From contig OX597819.1 in the NCBI GenBank assembly GCA_951406725.2, positions 53,816,001 to 53,880,000 on the forward strand: 64,000 bases of DNA. The letters run 5' to 3'. This document shows, one piece after another, positions 41,201 through 55,723 of this stretch; position 1 is the stretch's first letter; each line of letters begins with the position of its first letter. This DNA comes from Octopus vulgaris (taxonomy: Eukaryota). The notes beneath the pieces are model-generated. The model did not search any database, was not told where the DNA came from, and was given only the letters and a program-made list of their open reading frames with translations. The translations under genes were made by a program, and so were the position numbers.

Positions 41201-42106
41201 TATGAAATAAATATAAATAGTAATAGTTCCGTCACAGTCTCGAGTTCAGAGTGTACATCGCTAATGTTATCGTACAATACGGATAGATTTAAAGCTTTCA
41301 ATTTGTGTCCATGTTCCTATTCTTTTATTTTTTATTACTTTTTGACGTCTCACTTAAAGCCTACTGAAAACACCTCATACCCTGCACTCCCATCGACCTG
41401 TAAAATGAGAAAATTTAATTATCCCTAGATGAACGTCTGCTGATACTATCTATCAGAAGAAGATAGTATTTCTGCTCTCTAATGTTTTATAACTTTGAGT
41501 AAAGGTTTTAAGTAAGTCGCGAATTAGAATTTTTCTTCATTATCTACTTTTGATTTTCAAGTAAAATTAGTTTTTCGTCTAAATTAGCTCCTATTTTTCT
41601 CTCCTTGGATCTCGTACACTATGTTGAGAAATACTTCGATAGTGTGAAAGAAAATAAATTTAGCTGTCATTTTATTTATTTATTTTATTGTACAGTTATT
41701 CTTGAATTGCTTCTCTGGTGAAAGAATCAACCAGTTTTGTTGATGAGATCTTGTGCAAAAACAACGAAATGTTGCTGCGGTGGTTATAGATTTGTCGGGA
41801 AGGAGAAAAATTTTATTATGTTACGTCCAAGCCTGCTTTGTTCACGTATGTTTTGTTGTCGCTTTAATGATTTATTAAATGGATAAATGGCATTTATTCC
41901 GGCTTTATGTTCTGAGTTCAAATTCTGCCGAGGACGACTTTGCCTTTTATTTTTTGAGGGTCAATAAAATGAGTACCAGTCAAGCAATGGTTTCGATGAA
42001 ATCAACAAGCCCTTTCCCGGAAATTTTTCAGGCTTTGTGCCTGTGGAGAAAGAATTATATGGACATATGTCAATGTACTTTTTGATGACTGTAAGCTTTG
42101 CTCCTA

Positions 42107-42147
<41 letters not shown>

Positions 42148-42195
42148 AAATGAGACCATTTGGGAAGTCTGAAGTGAAACTATACTAGAAATTGA

Positions 42196-42528
42196 GGATC
42201 TTTTCCTTTTGATCGGCAGGTCGATAAAGTAATTTTTTAAAACTAAACACTTTCAAACTTTGGATACTGGTAGAATCTTTTACTCTTAGTGTTGTTGAGA
42301 AAAGTTTATATTTTTGAAGTTATTTCGTGTTAAAGTTGTCGTGTTTGGATAATTTCAACCAATCAATGACGTGTATTCAGTTAAATAAAATTACTGTTGT
42401 TGTTTGTCAACAAAATCTATCGGCGGTGTATATTTCGTTTGTCACTGTTATTTATGACATCGTTCGTGCATTTGTACTGGTTTTAACTTTAGGGTTTTAG
42501 GGTGAGGGTTAGGGTTAGGAGAAGATCC
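42196..42528. mobile_element. Merlin-like MITE copy
   Basis: GGATCTT...AAGATCC termini, decayed TSD gaaattga/gaaatgaa, internal ggttag repeats. Confidence 0.7.
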
Positions 42529-45086
42529 GAAATGAAATCTTTGTAAATTTCCATTCAGATTTTCCTTCGAAGGAGTTGCATGTTAAAGACCTCCTCGAAG
42601 TTTTTCTTCCTACTTTCTTTCCTCCGTTCCTTTGCTTTTTTTTTTATATATCTCTTTAGTAAAATATAATCTTAGCATCACCTGAGTGTTACGCACAAGT
42701 CATTGTTTATTTTCTTCAGTACTTTTAAATATGTTTGTTCGCTCTACTTCAGAAATGACACTAATCCGTCGTTGTAAATAGTTGTTCTCTTCTGTTGATT
42801 TTGCCGTAAATGGTGGACGTGGCCTCTAAGTTGTATGTAGTTGAATTTACTACTATTATCGTTGTCTAAGGCGGTGATCTGGCAGAATCGTTAGCACACC
42901 GGGCAAGATGCTTTGCGGCATTTTATCTGTCTTTACGTTCTGAGCTCAAATTCAAACGAAGAGATGAAAGACAAAGTCGACCTCGGTGGAATTTTAACTC
43001 GGAACGTAAAGACTGACGAAATGCCACTAAGCTTAAGTCAAATACTAATATTGGGAGTCGCTAAAATTAACAGGATAGGTATAGGACTGGGTCTGTATGA
43101 TATATGTTGGCTACTGTTAGATGAAGTAGTAAAGTTTTGAGCTAGGATTTTTGTTGGAGGGGTACATCTGATTATAGTCCGTCTGGAAATTTCTTCAGCT
43201 TTGGTATGTTATAGAATGTGTGGTCGTAGTTTTCAATTAGAAGCAAGGATAGTCGCAAAAATTAGTAGTCTATCAGTGACTATTTTTAATCCGTAAAGTT
43301 AGTCCAGACTAAGGATAGACACTGAGACTATTAGTGAATAAACATATTCTCTTAATATGACCGGAGTTGCTCGGTCACATGAAAATATTACAACGGAGAG
43401 ACAGGTCATATCACAGAGAAGGAGCGTGTGTATGTGAGAGGGAGGTGGGGGAGAGAATGACAGAAATGTTGATTTATTTTCGCTTCTAGCTGCCAGTCTT
43501 ATTCTTTTAGTAATTCACTCTTCAAAGTTTCGATAATCACTTAGACAACAACAACCACTACGAAAGCAATGGTTTCTCATTGGTGTAAGGGTCACAAAGT
43601 TTGAAGGATGGTATAATGCATTTCACCATCAAAAATATATACGGTCGACCTCGATTTTGAGGTCAGAACGGTTTGGAATGTACTCAGTGCCGCAGGGCAA
43701 TGTCGATTCTAGCAATTCACTACCCTTTGATGACTGTTTTTAATTTCGGCACAAGAGTAATAATTTTGAGGGGAGAGAAGTGGTAGTTTATTACATCGAC
43801 CTAGAAAGAAATTGATAGTATAATTGACTTCGGCAGGATTTGAACTCAGAATGTTAAGAATTGGAACGAATACTGCAAGGCATTTCGTCCGACGCTCTAG
43901 CGATTCTCCTATCTCTCCGTCCCTTAAAATACTGGTTTCTTAGTTCGGCACAAGGCCTGGAGTTTGGAAGAAGGGATTAGTCGTTTCCAATAACTAGACT
44001 GGTATTTCAGTTGATCGACCCTGGAAGAATGAAGGCAAAGTGAGGCCTGGTTGAAATTTGAGCTCAGACCGTAGAGTCAGAAGAAATACCACAAAAGATT
44101 TTGTCTGGCGCGGTAACAAGTCTGCCAGCTCACCGCCTTTCGCCACTCTATTTAGTAATTGCTTCTAGGAACAAGGCCAGCAATTTTTAGGGGAGAGACT
44201 GGTACTTTATTTTATCGAACTCGGCTGTAGGAGGCTAAAAGGCAATGGTGACCTCGGTGGGATTTGAACTCAGATCGTAAAGGAGTGGAAGGAATGACGC
44301 AAAGTATTTGTTTCCTGACCCTCTCACGATTCGACCAATCCCCCACCCTAATGATAATAAGGGTGCAATATGTTGGCGGACAGTACAAGGACGAAGCACA
44401 AAAACTAAAACTAGGGGTTAATATCGAGTAACGGGACGAGATCAGTAATAACAGGAGGCCTGAAATAGATAAATAAATAAATGATAAATTGCAACGACGA
44501 CAGGAATAGCAAAATAACGACCATAAAGCGTCTCCAAAACCGAAGGTAACCACATAAGGTGATTCGGGGCACCATATACACAGAATATTGTACCTACGAA
44601 GTAGTTGAGCCGGAGAGTATTTGCCAAGCAGCGACCAAGTGCCTTGTTAGCTATCTTATTTGACTATAATGATTTTGGCGGGGAAATGTACTTGATGATT
44701 TTTTTAGTACACTGAAATCCATGACAAATAGGAATGCACGCGCACACACACACACACACACATTCACACGCAGATACAAAGTCATACACATGTAGATAAA
44801 CGCATGCTCTCGCACTCTCATATTCACACACACATACATACATACACGCTCACACCAACTACATTCCTATACTTAAGCAATAAAAATGTGTTTGTCATTT
44901 GAAAGTCGAAATGACTTTAACGAATTAGTTTATTATTTTAACAACTTCTACCTATTCGTCCGCCTAATTTAAATCTCAGTTCGGCGACAAATTGGCAAAG
45001 CTGTTATGGCGTCGGTCGGACATACTACTTTACGGTATTCGTCCTTGCACTCAGAGCTCGAATCCCGCCGAAGTTGTGGACTTATA

Positions 45087-45438
45087 TCTCTCTATATATA
45101 AACGGCAGTTTGTCTGTGTGTGTGTCTGTGTGTCTTTCAACCGATTCTGATGAAACTTGACACACACATAGCCCAATGTCATAATTCAAAACTAACGCAG
45201 CAAAAATTTTGAAAAGTTTCCCCCAGTTCTGAAAAAAATCGATAAATTCGACATGGGGTCGAGAATCAGAAACACAAACCACAGACTGTCTAGGGGACGC
45301 AACTCGACCGTTTTAACTCTCAAAAAAAATTTACCATAATTTTTTTCCATTTTTTTCTATTTTTTGGCTATAACTCTCTAAAAATGCTTTATAGTTATTT
45401 CCCTTACAAACCCGAGCAACGCCGGGCGATACTGCTAG
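45087..45438 (+). mobile_element. Complete non-autonomous Helitron
   Basis: A|TC start, GTCT/GT microsatellite, 3' hairpin cccgagcaacgccggg then CTAG|T. Confidence 0.85.
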
Positions 45439-45654
45439 TATATATATATTATCTGTTTGTATCATGACTGAATGACTAAGAGATTTGCTTCGCAATCATG
45501 AAGTTAGCGCTTTCATCCCATTGCACGGCAGTTTGGGCAAGTATCATTTTGAAAACTTTCGAGTAACCCATGGATTGTGATCGGAATTAGGTAGACAGAA
45601 ACTGATTTGAAACCCTCCGGATGGATTGTAGTTGCAATTCGAAGTTCCCCCACC

Positions 45655-45899
45655 GGATCTATTCAATTTAACACCCAGATTTTTTAAATTAACTTTTTAA
45701 AATAAACAGTTTGAAACTTCGGATACTGGTACAATGCGTCACATAGAACAGGGTTTACTCTTAACGTTTTCGACAAAATTTTGTATTTTAGAAGTTATTT
45801 CGTGTTAAAGTTGTCGTATTTGGGTAATTTTAAGCAATCAATGACGTGTATTCAGCTGAAGAAAATTATTGCTGCTGTTTGCGAACAACTTCTGGGTCC

Positions 45900-45947
<48 letters not shown>

Positions 45948-45949
45948 TA

Positions 45950-46018
<69 letters not shown>

Positions 46019-47011
46019 TAATAATAGGCAGAAGTTGCAGAGTGACAATGGCCAAATTTGTGATTGATAAGTGCCAATGATATATATGTATGTATATATA
46101 TATATATATGTATGTATGTATATATATATATATATATATATACATACATACATATATGTGTAAAAAAATCTCATCACGCAATCGAACCAATGAAAGAGCC
46201 TCTACCTGGTCGCCCGACACGCTAAAAATAGCAGTCAAACTATCCCCCTACCTAAATCACACGCCTATTGTACGTAATGTCCTAGATTATCCATAAAAAG
46301 ACGGTTTGCTGAAGGCTGGAATGTCTTTCATGATAGATTTGCTGTATCAAGGTTGATTTGAGGTTAAATAACAACAAAATTATGGCAAACACTCGCCCGA
46401 TTTTCACGAAGTAAAAAATAACTTGAATTTTTTGCGTGGAATCAAGTACCCTGACCTCCTAATGTGCTGCAAATCCCTTATTTTGGTTCGGAAAAAAAAG
46501 GGTGGGGGGACCGCGCCTCCATCCTAAAATCATTGGAATTTTTTTTTTTTTTTTGTTGAATGAATTCCTGTGACCTCCTAATATGCTACAAAACCCGTTT
46601 TAGGGTCTGAAAAACGGGATGGGGTGACGTGGAAGCCTTGGAAATATCACCCCACCCCACCCCCACCCACCCACATTTATCTTTTCAGCCGCACGATTTT
46701 CACTAAGGACCATAATTTTGTTGTTATTTAGCCTCAAATCAACTCTGATACAGCAAACCTATCATCAAAGACATTCCAGCCTGTCTTTTAGGGATAATCT
46801 AGGACATTACGTATAATGGGCGTATGATTTAGGTAGGGGGATACTTTGGCTGCTATTTTTAGCGTGTCGAACGACCAGGTAGATGCTCTTTTATTGGTTC
46901 GATCGCGTGATGAGATTTTTTACACATATATGTATGTATATATATATATATATCATTGGCACTTATCAAACACGAATTTGGCCATTGTCACTCTGTAACT
47001 TCTGCCTGTTA

Positions 47012-47047
<36 letters not shown>

Positions 47048-47294
47048 GGATCCGGAAGTTGTTCGCAAACAGCAGCAGTATTTTTCTTCAGCTGAATACA
47101 CGTCATTGATTGGTTAAAATTACCCAAAATACGACAACTTTAACACGAAATAACTTCTAAAATACAAAATTTTGTCAAAAGCGTTAAGAGTAAACCCTGT
47201 TCTATGTGACGCATTGTACCAGTATCCGAAGTTTCAAACTGTTTAGTTAAAAAAAAATTAATTAAAAAATCTGGCCGTCAAATTGAATAGATCC
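45655..47294. repeat. 1.64-kb inverted duplication bounded by Merlin-like MITE ends
   Basis: 45655-46385 is a diverged reverse complement of 46711-47294; spacer about 325 bp. Confidence 0.9.
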
Positions 47295-48101
47295 GGTCCA
47301 CCTGTTTATTACATGAAAAGCACATATGTCTGTGAAATACTCAGCCACGTAAATGCTTATTCCATGAGCAGGTAGTTTAGCTAATCAAACAGATTTACAG
47401 ATCGTCGAAACCGACGAAGATCCATATATTTATCTTCTATGAAAATAATTGCTGCTGAACGGACGGCTATTCGAAGCAGCCTGTTTGGTTTATCAAAACG
47501 ATAGGGGATCATTTTCATTTCCTTGCAGGAAAGACGGTCTTGCGTTTATGCCAACGAGTTTGGTTCATTTAACAGTGCAACGTGTAAATAATTCATGCAA
47601 GCATTTATCAATCATTTAACAGCCTCCTTCTTAATAAAATAAGAAATAAACAAATGACGAAATTCTTTGGTTAGAATCTAGATAAATGTATCAGTTACAG
47701 ACGTATGGTTAAGAAGTTCGCTCCGTAACCACATGATTACGGGTTCGATCTCATTGTGCGGCCCTTTGCATAAATATTTTCTACTATAGCTATTGGGCTG
47801 ATCAATGTCTTGTGAGTAATTTTGACGGGATGGTGTTACTCGATAATATCTATCTCAGTACTTGGCTGGTACGTTATATTAACGACCTCGAAAGGATAAA
47901 AGGTAGAGTTGACATCGACGTGATTTGAACTCAAAATATATGGAGTCGGAACAAATATTGCAACGATTTATTTGTTCCTCGCCGCGTTAAGGATTCTGCC
48001 AACTTGTCACTTTCCTTCAAATTTTGGTACGAGGTTAGCAACTTCGGGGCAGAGTCGATTACATTGACTCCACTGCTCAACAGGTACTTATTTTATCGAC
48101 C

Positions 48102-48716
48102 GGATCTTTACCCTTTGAACGGCAGATCGAGAAACTAATTTTTTGTAACTAAACACTTTCAAATTTCGGACACTGGTAGAATGTGTCATATAAAACAATC
48201 TTTTACGCTTAGTGTTGTTGAGAAAAGTTTGTATTTTCAAAGTTAATTCGTGTTAAAGTAGTCGTATTTCGGTAATTTCACCCAATCAATGACGTGTATT
48301 CAGCTGAATAAAATTACTGCTGTTGTTTGTCAACAACAACTTCCGGCGGTGTATATTTCGTTTGTCACTGTTATTTATGACATATTTCATCTCAGTTATG
48401 TTTGTATAAATAAACTAGTGTATCTGAAGCATGTTTACTTCATGGCACCACACCACAATCGTTCGTGCTTTTCTACTGCTTTTAGTTCGTTTTTTTCCCC
48501 CTGTTTTTCAGCTACTATTTTTGGAATGACTTTTTGCCCCCCTCCAATTTCATTTTTCACTTTTTTCGTAACTCTAACCCTTAAAATCCCAAACCTAACC
48601 CTAACACCCCAACTCTAAAATCCTAACCGTAACCCTAACTTTACTATTGCCCGAAGTTTGAAAGTGTAGTTACAAAAAATTAATTCCTCGATCTGCCGTT
48701 CAAAGGGAAAAGGTCC
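48102..48716. mobile_element. Merlin-like MITE copy within Meta-like SINE sequence
   Basis: Long TIRs ggatctttaccctttgaacggcagatcgag / ctcgatctgccgttcaaagggaaaaggtcc; internal (ctaacc)n. Confidence 0.75.
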
Positions 48717-48972
48717 CCGGTATTTTGTTGACCCCGAAATGGATGAACGGCAAAATCGACCTCAACAGAATTTGAACTTTGTAAGGGCAGAAGAAATGCC
48801 GCTAAGCTTTTTTTTTTTTTTTCCGTCGCGGTAACGATTCTGCCAGCTCACCGCCTTCTTTCAAAATATAATTTATAACAAATTATACGTTGTGTTTTAT
48901 GGTCTCCGTAAAATTGGATCCATTATTGTCTGTTTTATAGTATTCAGTCATTTTATATTATATTCTTTACAG

Positions 48973-49006
48973 GAGGTACGCCAACGCTGCCGGATGTGAT
49001 GAACAG
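48973..49006 (+). other. Candidate 34-nt non-coding exon upstream of the foxj1 coding exon
   Basis: Pyrimidine-rich acceptor tattctttacag|, GC-rich 34 nt in AT-rich context, donor aacag|gttaag (weak). Confidence 0.25.
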
Positions 49007-49499
49007 GTTAAGCGAAAAGAAAACGTTTTTAAAATACTTATTGTATAGTAGTGGTCGGTAGACTGGTAAATATTGACCTCTGTGGGGGTTTATGTGCTAT
49101 ACAAGGAGCCGATAAACACCTGAAACAAATCTGAAACACATATTTCACATTAAACATTCCGATTATAACGATATAATACAACCGAATATTTGTTATTCTT
49201 AATCAGTTTGTTTTAAAAGTATTTTCATAAAATTTCTTTAAACAATCAAACAAATGATATTGCTAATGAATTCGCTTTCTCACATATAAGTGGAAGTGAA
49301 CATTACTGTACATTCATAGTAAAATAGCTGTGGAAAAAAGATAAAAGAATTTCTAATACACGTTGATCTATAACTATCTGAAATATAATGATTGATCAAC
49401 TTGTATTTTGTACTTACGATAGAATCACAAATCCAAATCTATCTTCTCATTAAGTATATAAAAACGAAGATGTTTCTTCAGACACACATTATAACCATC

Positions 49500-49723
<224 letters not shown>

Positions 49724-49939
49724 AGTGTGTGTGTGTACTGCAATCAAAATTTTAAATTGCACGACAAATAACCAATATTTAGAACTCCACATGCATTCCC
49801 ATTTTTATTTTATAATAACGAAATTATTGTATACTGTGCTCAGGTGCACTACAACTTGTCAAAAAGTGCGTATAAAGAATATGCAGTAATGTACAAATGT
49901 CTGGAAAGTGAACAGTGTACGAGTCAGATACATGCTTGC

Positions 49940-50140
49940 GTGTGTATGGAGGGGAGAAAATCAGGTGTAGTGTTGACGAATCTCAGGAAGCATGGAAGTT
50001 TTGAAGGATGCAGTGCTCCGACAACTAACAACTGATGCCAGCAGTTTGTCCCATACTTCAGCAACTCTTAACGTGAAAAAATGTTTCCGAAAGTCATGGG
50101 AGCTGTGCTGTTTTCTGACTTTGTAAACATGTCCACGGGT
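49940..50140 (-). mobile_element. CR1-type LINE 3' end
   Basis: TRGHVYKVRKQHSSHDFRKHFFTLRVAEVWDKL matches the CR1 C-terminal TRGH...RK.FF..RV...W..L pattern. Confidence 0.75.
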
Positions 50141-50155
50141 GTTGTGTTGTATCGT

Positions 50156-50197
<42 letters not shown>

Positions 50198-50956
50198 GTG
50201 CGTGTTCATGATTTTCCCTTCTATTAAACGGATATTGTTGGTACATTTTATTTAGCAGTGTCAACTCACAAATAAAGGCGCGATGGCATGTGTTTGTGTG
50301 TGTGCTGAAACGGTAGCTAATGTGGATCTGTGTTGCAAGCACAACACTCGTTTATTCATTTTTCTGGTATTCTTCTAATCTGAAGATGGTGTTGTTGGAT
50401 CGAGTTGGATTGGCAGCAGCGATGGCAAAAGGCAGCAGCGATGGCAAAAGGCAGCGCGTTGGCAGAATCGTTACCGCATCGGGAAAAAAATTACTCAGCA
50501 GTGTTTCACCTGGTTCTTTAATTTCTGATGTCAAATCCCACAGAGGTTCACTTAGCATTTCAGTTTTCAACGTCGATAAAATAAATACCAGTTCAGCATT
50601 GGGGGGGGAGGGGTCGCTGTACTCGACTTACCCCCCCACACACACACACACTGCCCTCAAAAATTGCTTGCCTTGTGCTAAAATTAGAAAGAATTAGGAT
50701 AGCAAGCTGGCAGAATCGCTAGCGCGTCGAACAAAGTGCTTAACGGCATTTCTTCTGGCTCTTTATGTTCTGATTTCAAATTCCGCCGAGGTTGACTTTT
50801 CCTTTTTATCTTTTCGGGCTCGATAAAATATGAACCAGTTGAGCACTGGAGGGTCTTTGTAATCGACTTGACCCCTCCCCAAAATTGCTGGCCTTGTACC
50901 AAAATTTGAAGCCATTATTATAGGTAATATAAATATCATTGGTGGTGGTGGTGGTG

Positions 50957-50992
<36 letters not shown>

Positions 50993-52648
50993 GTATTTCG
51001 ATGACCAATGATCATTTGTAATGGCGTCTGCAATGAAAACAGTAATTATGTTATATTTGTCATCATAAATAAATCTCTCGCCTTCTCTTTCTCACACACA
51101 CATACTCCTCATCATCAATGCTACCGACCACATCCACCCACCGCCGCTACTACCACCACCACCACCACCATTATCATCATTATAGTCATCATTGACAACA
51201 ACAATAATCACTTGTATTAAAACCTAAGTAGCCAGCTATTCCTGGATGCAATCAATAGATGGTGGGAAAAATAAACCATCCACCTCATGTGTCATCACAC
51301 AACTTACTGACTGGATCTACATTTCGAAGCTTTATCTCACATTCGCATCACCTAGGTTTCCTAAAGTGTTAGGTGCAACATGTCAGTATTTGGTCGGTGA
51401 AAAGGGTAACGGATGATCAAGTCACACAGTATTAATGGCGTTTAACCATTTACCTGCCCGAAGTATTTTCATAAATTTGTCTTAAATTCCCGTGCTTGTT
51501 TTCAAACTTTTACTTTGCTCTTGTTTCATACAATCTGGGTAATATAAAGCTTTTCTTTTGTGGGTCCCCAGTTACTCTGGTAGTCGAAAAATACTGTGTT
51601 TGTATATTATATATGACGCATGGGTGCCATAGAAATATGTCCTGTGTCTCACTTGATACACGAGACAGGCAAAAGGATTTTTAAAATGGGGCTTTTATAA
51701 TTTTATGATTTTATGATTATGGTTACCCAGTTTTTAAACCCCAAATCAAGATTCGTTCGTTTATTCTAGTGAAAGGAGATTCACTCTTCACCCTTGCCAA
51801 TTGTAGGTACCTTCCGAAACTTACTCGTCAGTTTTCAGTTCGGTATCCTGTATAGATAAGTGCAATATGTTGGAGCTTATCTCAGCTTTCATAGTGCTTA
51901 GAGGAGGTCAAGGGACATCTTTCCCAGATAGGAAGGCCAGTGTGTGAGCAGACATTGACCATGGGAGTATTTAAAATCAATAGTGAATGCTAATGAAGAA
52001 GCATTTGTCAAAACAAATGTCAGCAGTGAGCTGCTGCTAGACCTATTTTCAGTAAAGTAGATTGAACTATTAACGATAGTTAAGTGTATTTAACAAGATC
52101 GCTTTTCCTATATTCATTGAATGTCTTAATCAATAACAGTTTTTTTTTTAATGTATTTATTGTGAGATGCTGTTTGCATGTATAGTTATATAGATGTGTG
52201 CGTAAGCATGTATGTATGGATGAATAAATGTCTTTACTTTTTTTCTGTTTATTGGTATTTTTCATAGAAGGAGTAAGCTGGTTTCTAACAAAGAAACAAA
52301 AGATTCACCACTGGAATTTCGATAACAACAACGCTCATATATCGAACTTCGAAAAAGTTTTGCATACTTTTACTGTTCCACTTGGAAATTGTATCTGAAA
52401 AGTTCATGTATGTATGTATGCATGTGTGTTATTGCAGTTGCACGCTCTCTGAACTATTCCACAATCCACATACAATTACTGGTAGTGTAGCTTCACTCGC
52501 CTCGTTAAATACTTTTGGAGAGCCATAGCGTCACCATTTCCATTGACCCTACTCTCAAAGATATGTGGTGTTACGCTTTTATACAAAAGCTCTGTATCTC
52601 TCTCTATATACACACACATACATACACACACACACACGCACGCACGCA

Positions 52649-52718
<70 letters not shown>

Positions 52719-52950
52719 TATGTGTGTGTGTGTGTATATACATACATATGTGTGTGTGTGAAGTATTATTACTATTATAAACAGTAATAATGAGTAATAA
52801 TATAGAAAAGAAGGGTAAAAATACCGCTTGCTAAAAATCAAAGTGACAGCTTCAAAAGATCACCAATCTTACGATAAATTCACACACAGACACACACATA
52901 TATGTATATGTATATATACATACATACACACACATACACGCGCACACACA

Positions 52951-53032
<82 letters not shown>

Positions 53033-53737
53033 CCTTCATTAGCCTACTGCTGTTTCTGCTATACATGTAAGTGATTTCCTAAATAAACTTGTCTTTTATT
53101 TTAAAAGCTCCGACGAAGCTATAAAGTGATGCACATGCAATCGGCTTTGAGTAGTGCAGTGCATCTTATAGCAAAAACAACTATCAGCTAATGAAGTTCA
53201 TTGTATTGTTTCCTGTCCCTTTGTCATTTATCCAATTTCGTATTGCGCTCTGTACTCAACTAATGCTTTATTCTGAAGCACGTGTATATTGTGTTTTAAC
53301 ACCAGATTATTAGTATCGCTATGCCTAAGCGAAACATACAGACAGACGGACAGACAAATTTATAGATGCAGGTATAGATTTAATGCAAAACACAGCATAA
53401 TTCAGGAGAAATACAATCGAAACACTCTACAGAAAAAAGAGGGAGGGAGGAAGTTTTTCTTCCACATATCAATAACATGGGGAAAAAATGCGTTTATATA
53501 TTTTTTATCTAACCCACACTGAAACTTTATTATGTTTAAAGCATAGTATACATGTGAGGTGCGAGCGGAGGTTAGTAAAATCGTGGCGAATTGCAGGACT
53601 CTTGGATATGATAGCTCGATCTATTTGAATCCAGGTGATGTCTGTGACTAATTGTCTTGGGGAGAAATATTTTGGGGAAAACGTATCGTTAATTCTTGAT
53701 GAAACCAAGTAAAATCTAGTTATGTAGGACCCAGATC

Positions 53738-53992
53738 GGATCTTTTCGGTTTGAACGGCAGTTTTTTCTAGCGGTGTCATATGAAATTTTTAACTCAATG
53801 GACGTCATCGATTGGTTGAAATTGCAGAAATTGAAGAAAAAAACCCCAAATATCTTACAAACTATAGAATTTTCTCAATAAAACCAAGAGAAAAAAGTGT
53901 TTTATTAACACATTCTACCAGTATACGAAGTTTAAAATTTTTTAGTTACCTAGAAATTATGTTAAAAACTGCCGTTCAAACCGAAAAGATCC
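53738..53992. mobile_element. Merlin-like MITE
   Basis: TIR ggatcttttcggtttgaacggcagtttt; perfect 8-bp TSD cccagatc (53730-53737, 53993-54000). Confidence 0.85.
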
Positions 53993-55723
53993 CCCAGATC
54001 TCCTGTGTTAACTACCTGTGAATCATCTTCCCAGCCCACGTTGTCAAAAATATTCCCATATCCTTGTCGCTTGCATGCGGTAAAGAAATAATTGACTAAT
54101 TTGTTAATCATTTATGTACATTCTTACTGTTCAAGGTTTACATTCACATTCATTAATGTATCATCACTTGCATAGAGTTAATGTGTATAGCTTCTGCAGC
54201 CCTTTTGATGATTGGATTTACAAACACGTATTTGTCTTTTATCCTTGTCTGAGAATTCCGACTGTTGTAAGTTATTCATAAATATTTCATAATATGTTAC
54301 CAAACAAAAAGGCAGTGAGCTGGCGAAATCATTAGCACGCCGGGTGCAATGCTTTGCGACATTCCTTTCGTCTTTATGTTCTGAGTTCAAATTACGCCGA
54401 AGTCTACTTTATCTTTCATCCTTTCGCGGTCAGTAAAATGAATACTGGAGTCGATTACATCAACTTACTCTCTCCCTTGAGCTTGCTGGCCTTGTACCAG
54501 GAAAATGAAACCTATATACTGCTAAATAATATTTGATTTGCAACACTTTTGATGTAAACGCGTGTGTTAAAACATATTTTACTGTCTCACGAGAGCGTCA
54601 TCATGTCCAATAATTGTCTTCTTTTTTTTATTACTTTTTGAATGGGTTATTTACATACGCTAAGCAGTTAACTTCGTTAACAATTACACATTTTAAACTT
54701 TTCTGTCTCAGTCGATTACCTAGTCGCTTGAATTTGATGGCAGTCTTGATTCGAAATGTTCTTATGTTGTAGGATATGGACACCTATATTGTACATTATT
54801 ATTACTGATTTCACCACAATTCTTACATACGTGCATTCATGTGTACATATCTGCATGTCATACAAAAACATTTAAAAAAAAAATATCAGTCTATATCAGT
54901 AGTGTGGATAACTTGGTCAATAGGCACCTGAATAATTGCTTCGTGCTGACTAGAATTTAGAATCACGGTGTTCAAAATTTCCAGAATTTCGTACCATGAT
55001 GTCCAAAATTTAAATCTTGCTAGCTTGGCTGTCATTCTGTCGGTGTCGGTAAATTAGATACCAATAAAATAACACTGTATAACACAATTTTTGTCCTTAT
55101 GTAGCAACTATGATTTCCTATTTGCCTATCCCTAGAAAGTATGAAAAACTGGTTAATATTTCCTTCAAACTTTGCTTTTGTTACATTTATTCAAACCCCG
55201 AAGAATTCCTCTCAACACATGACTCTGATACTCCCCAACCACTCCTGCTCATGGTCAGATTTGTACATATTGTTAGCCACTAAGAGACACACTCAAGCGG
55301 TTACAGTCAAGCAAATCTGTGGTATTTGAGCAGAATATTTGCTATAACGATATTTCTGCTTCAGCAACTCACCGCTGAATCTGTCTGAAATGTAATGGAA
55401 AATAGGTCAGTTTCAAAACATTGATGTCCGGGTGACAAAAGCAAAGTTTGAGAGGTGTAGTTGTTATTTCTTTTGATTTTCAGATAGAAGCAAATAGGAA
55501 ATAACACTTACTGACCAAAGACAAAAAATTTTAATTTTGTTACACAATGTAATAAGATAATACCACCATATCTCTATAGTTTATAAAACTTTTTATTGCT
55601 AATTGAAGGAAATCACTAATTTTTATTTTCCATTTTTACATACAGGCAGAATAAACCGTGGAGGGTGCTTCCTCGGACCGTAGTGAAGCTCTCCTGAGCA
55701 CTGGAGTGCTTTCATCTCTCAAA

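Noticed and set aside
48570-48640. Interstitial telomere
   Set aside because: Degenerate ctaacc units are internal to a MITE family.
55658-55723. GTG-initiated N-terminal extension and VSSCFL C-terminus from the ORF track
   Set aside because: ATG 55724 is the plausible start, and the ORF tail after WQ is intron read-through.
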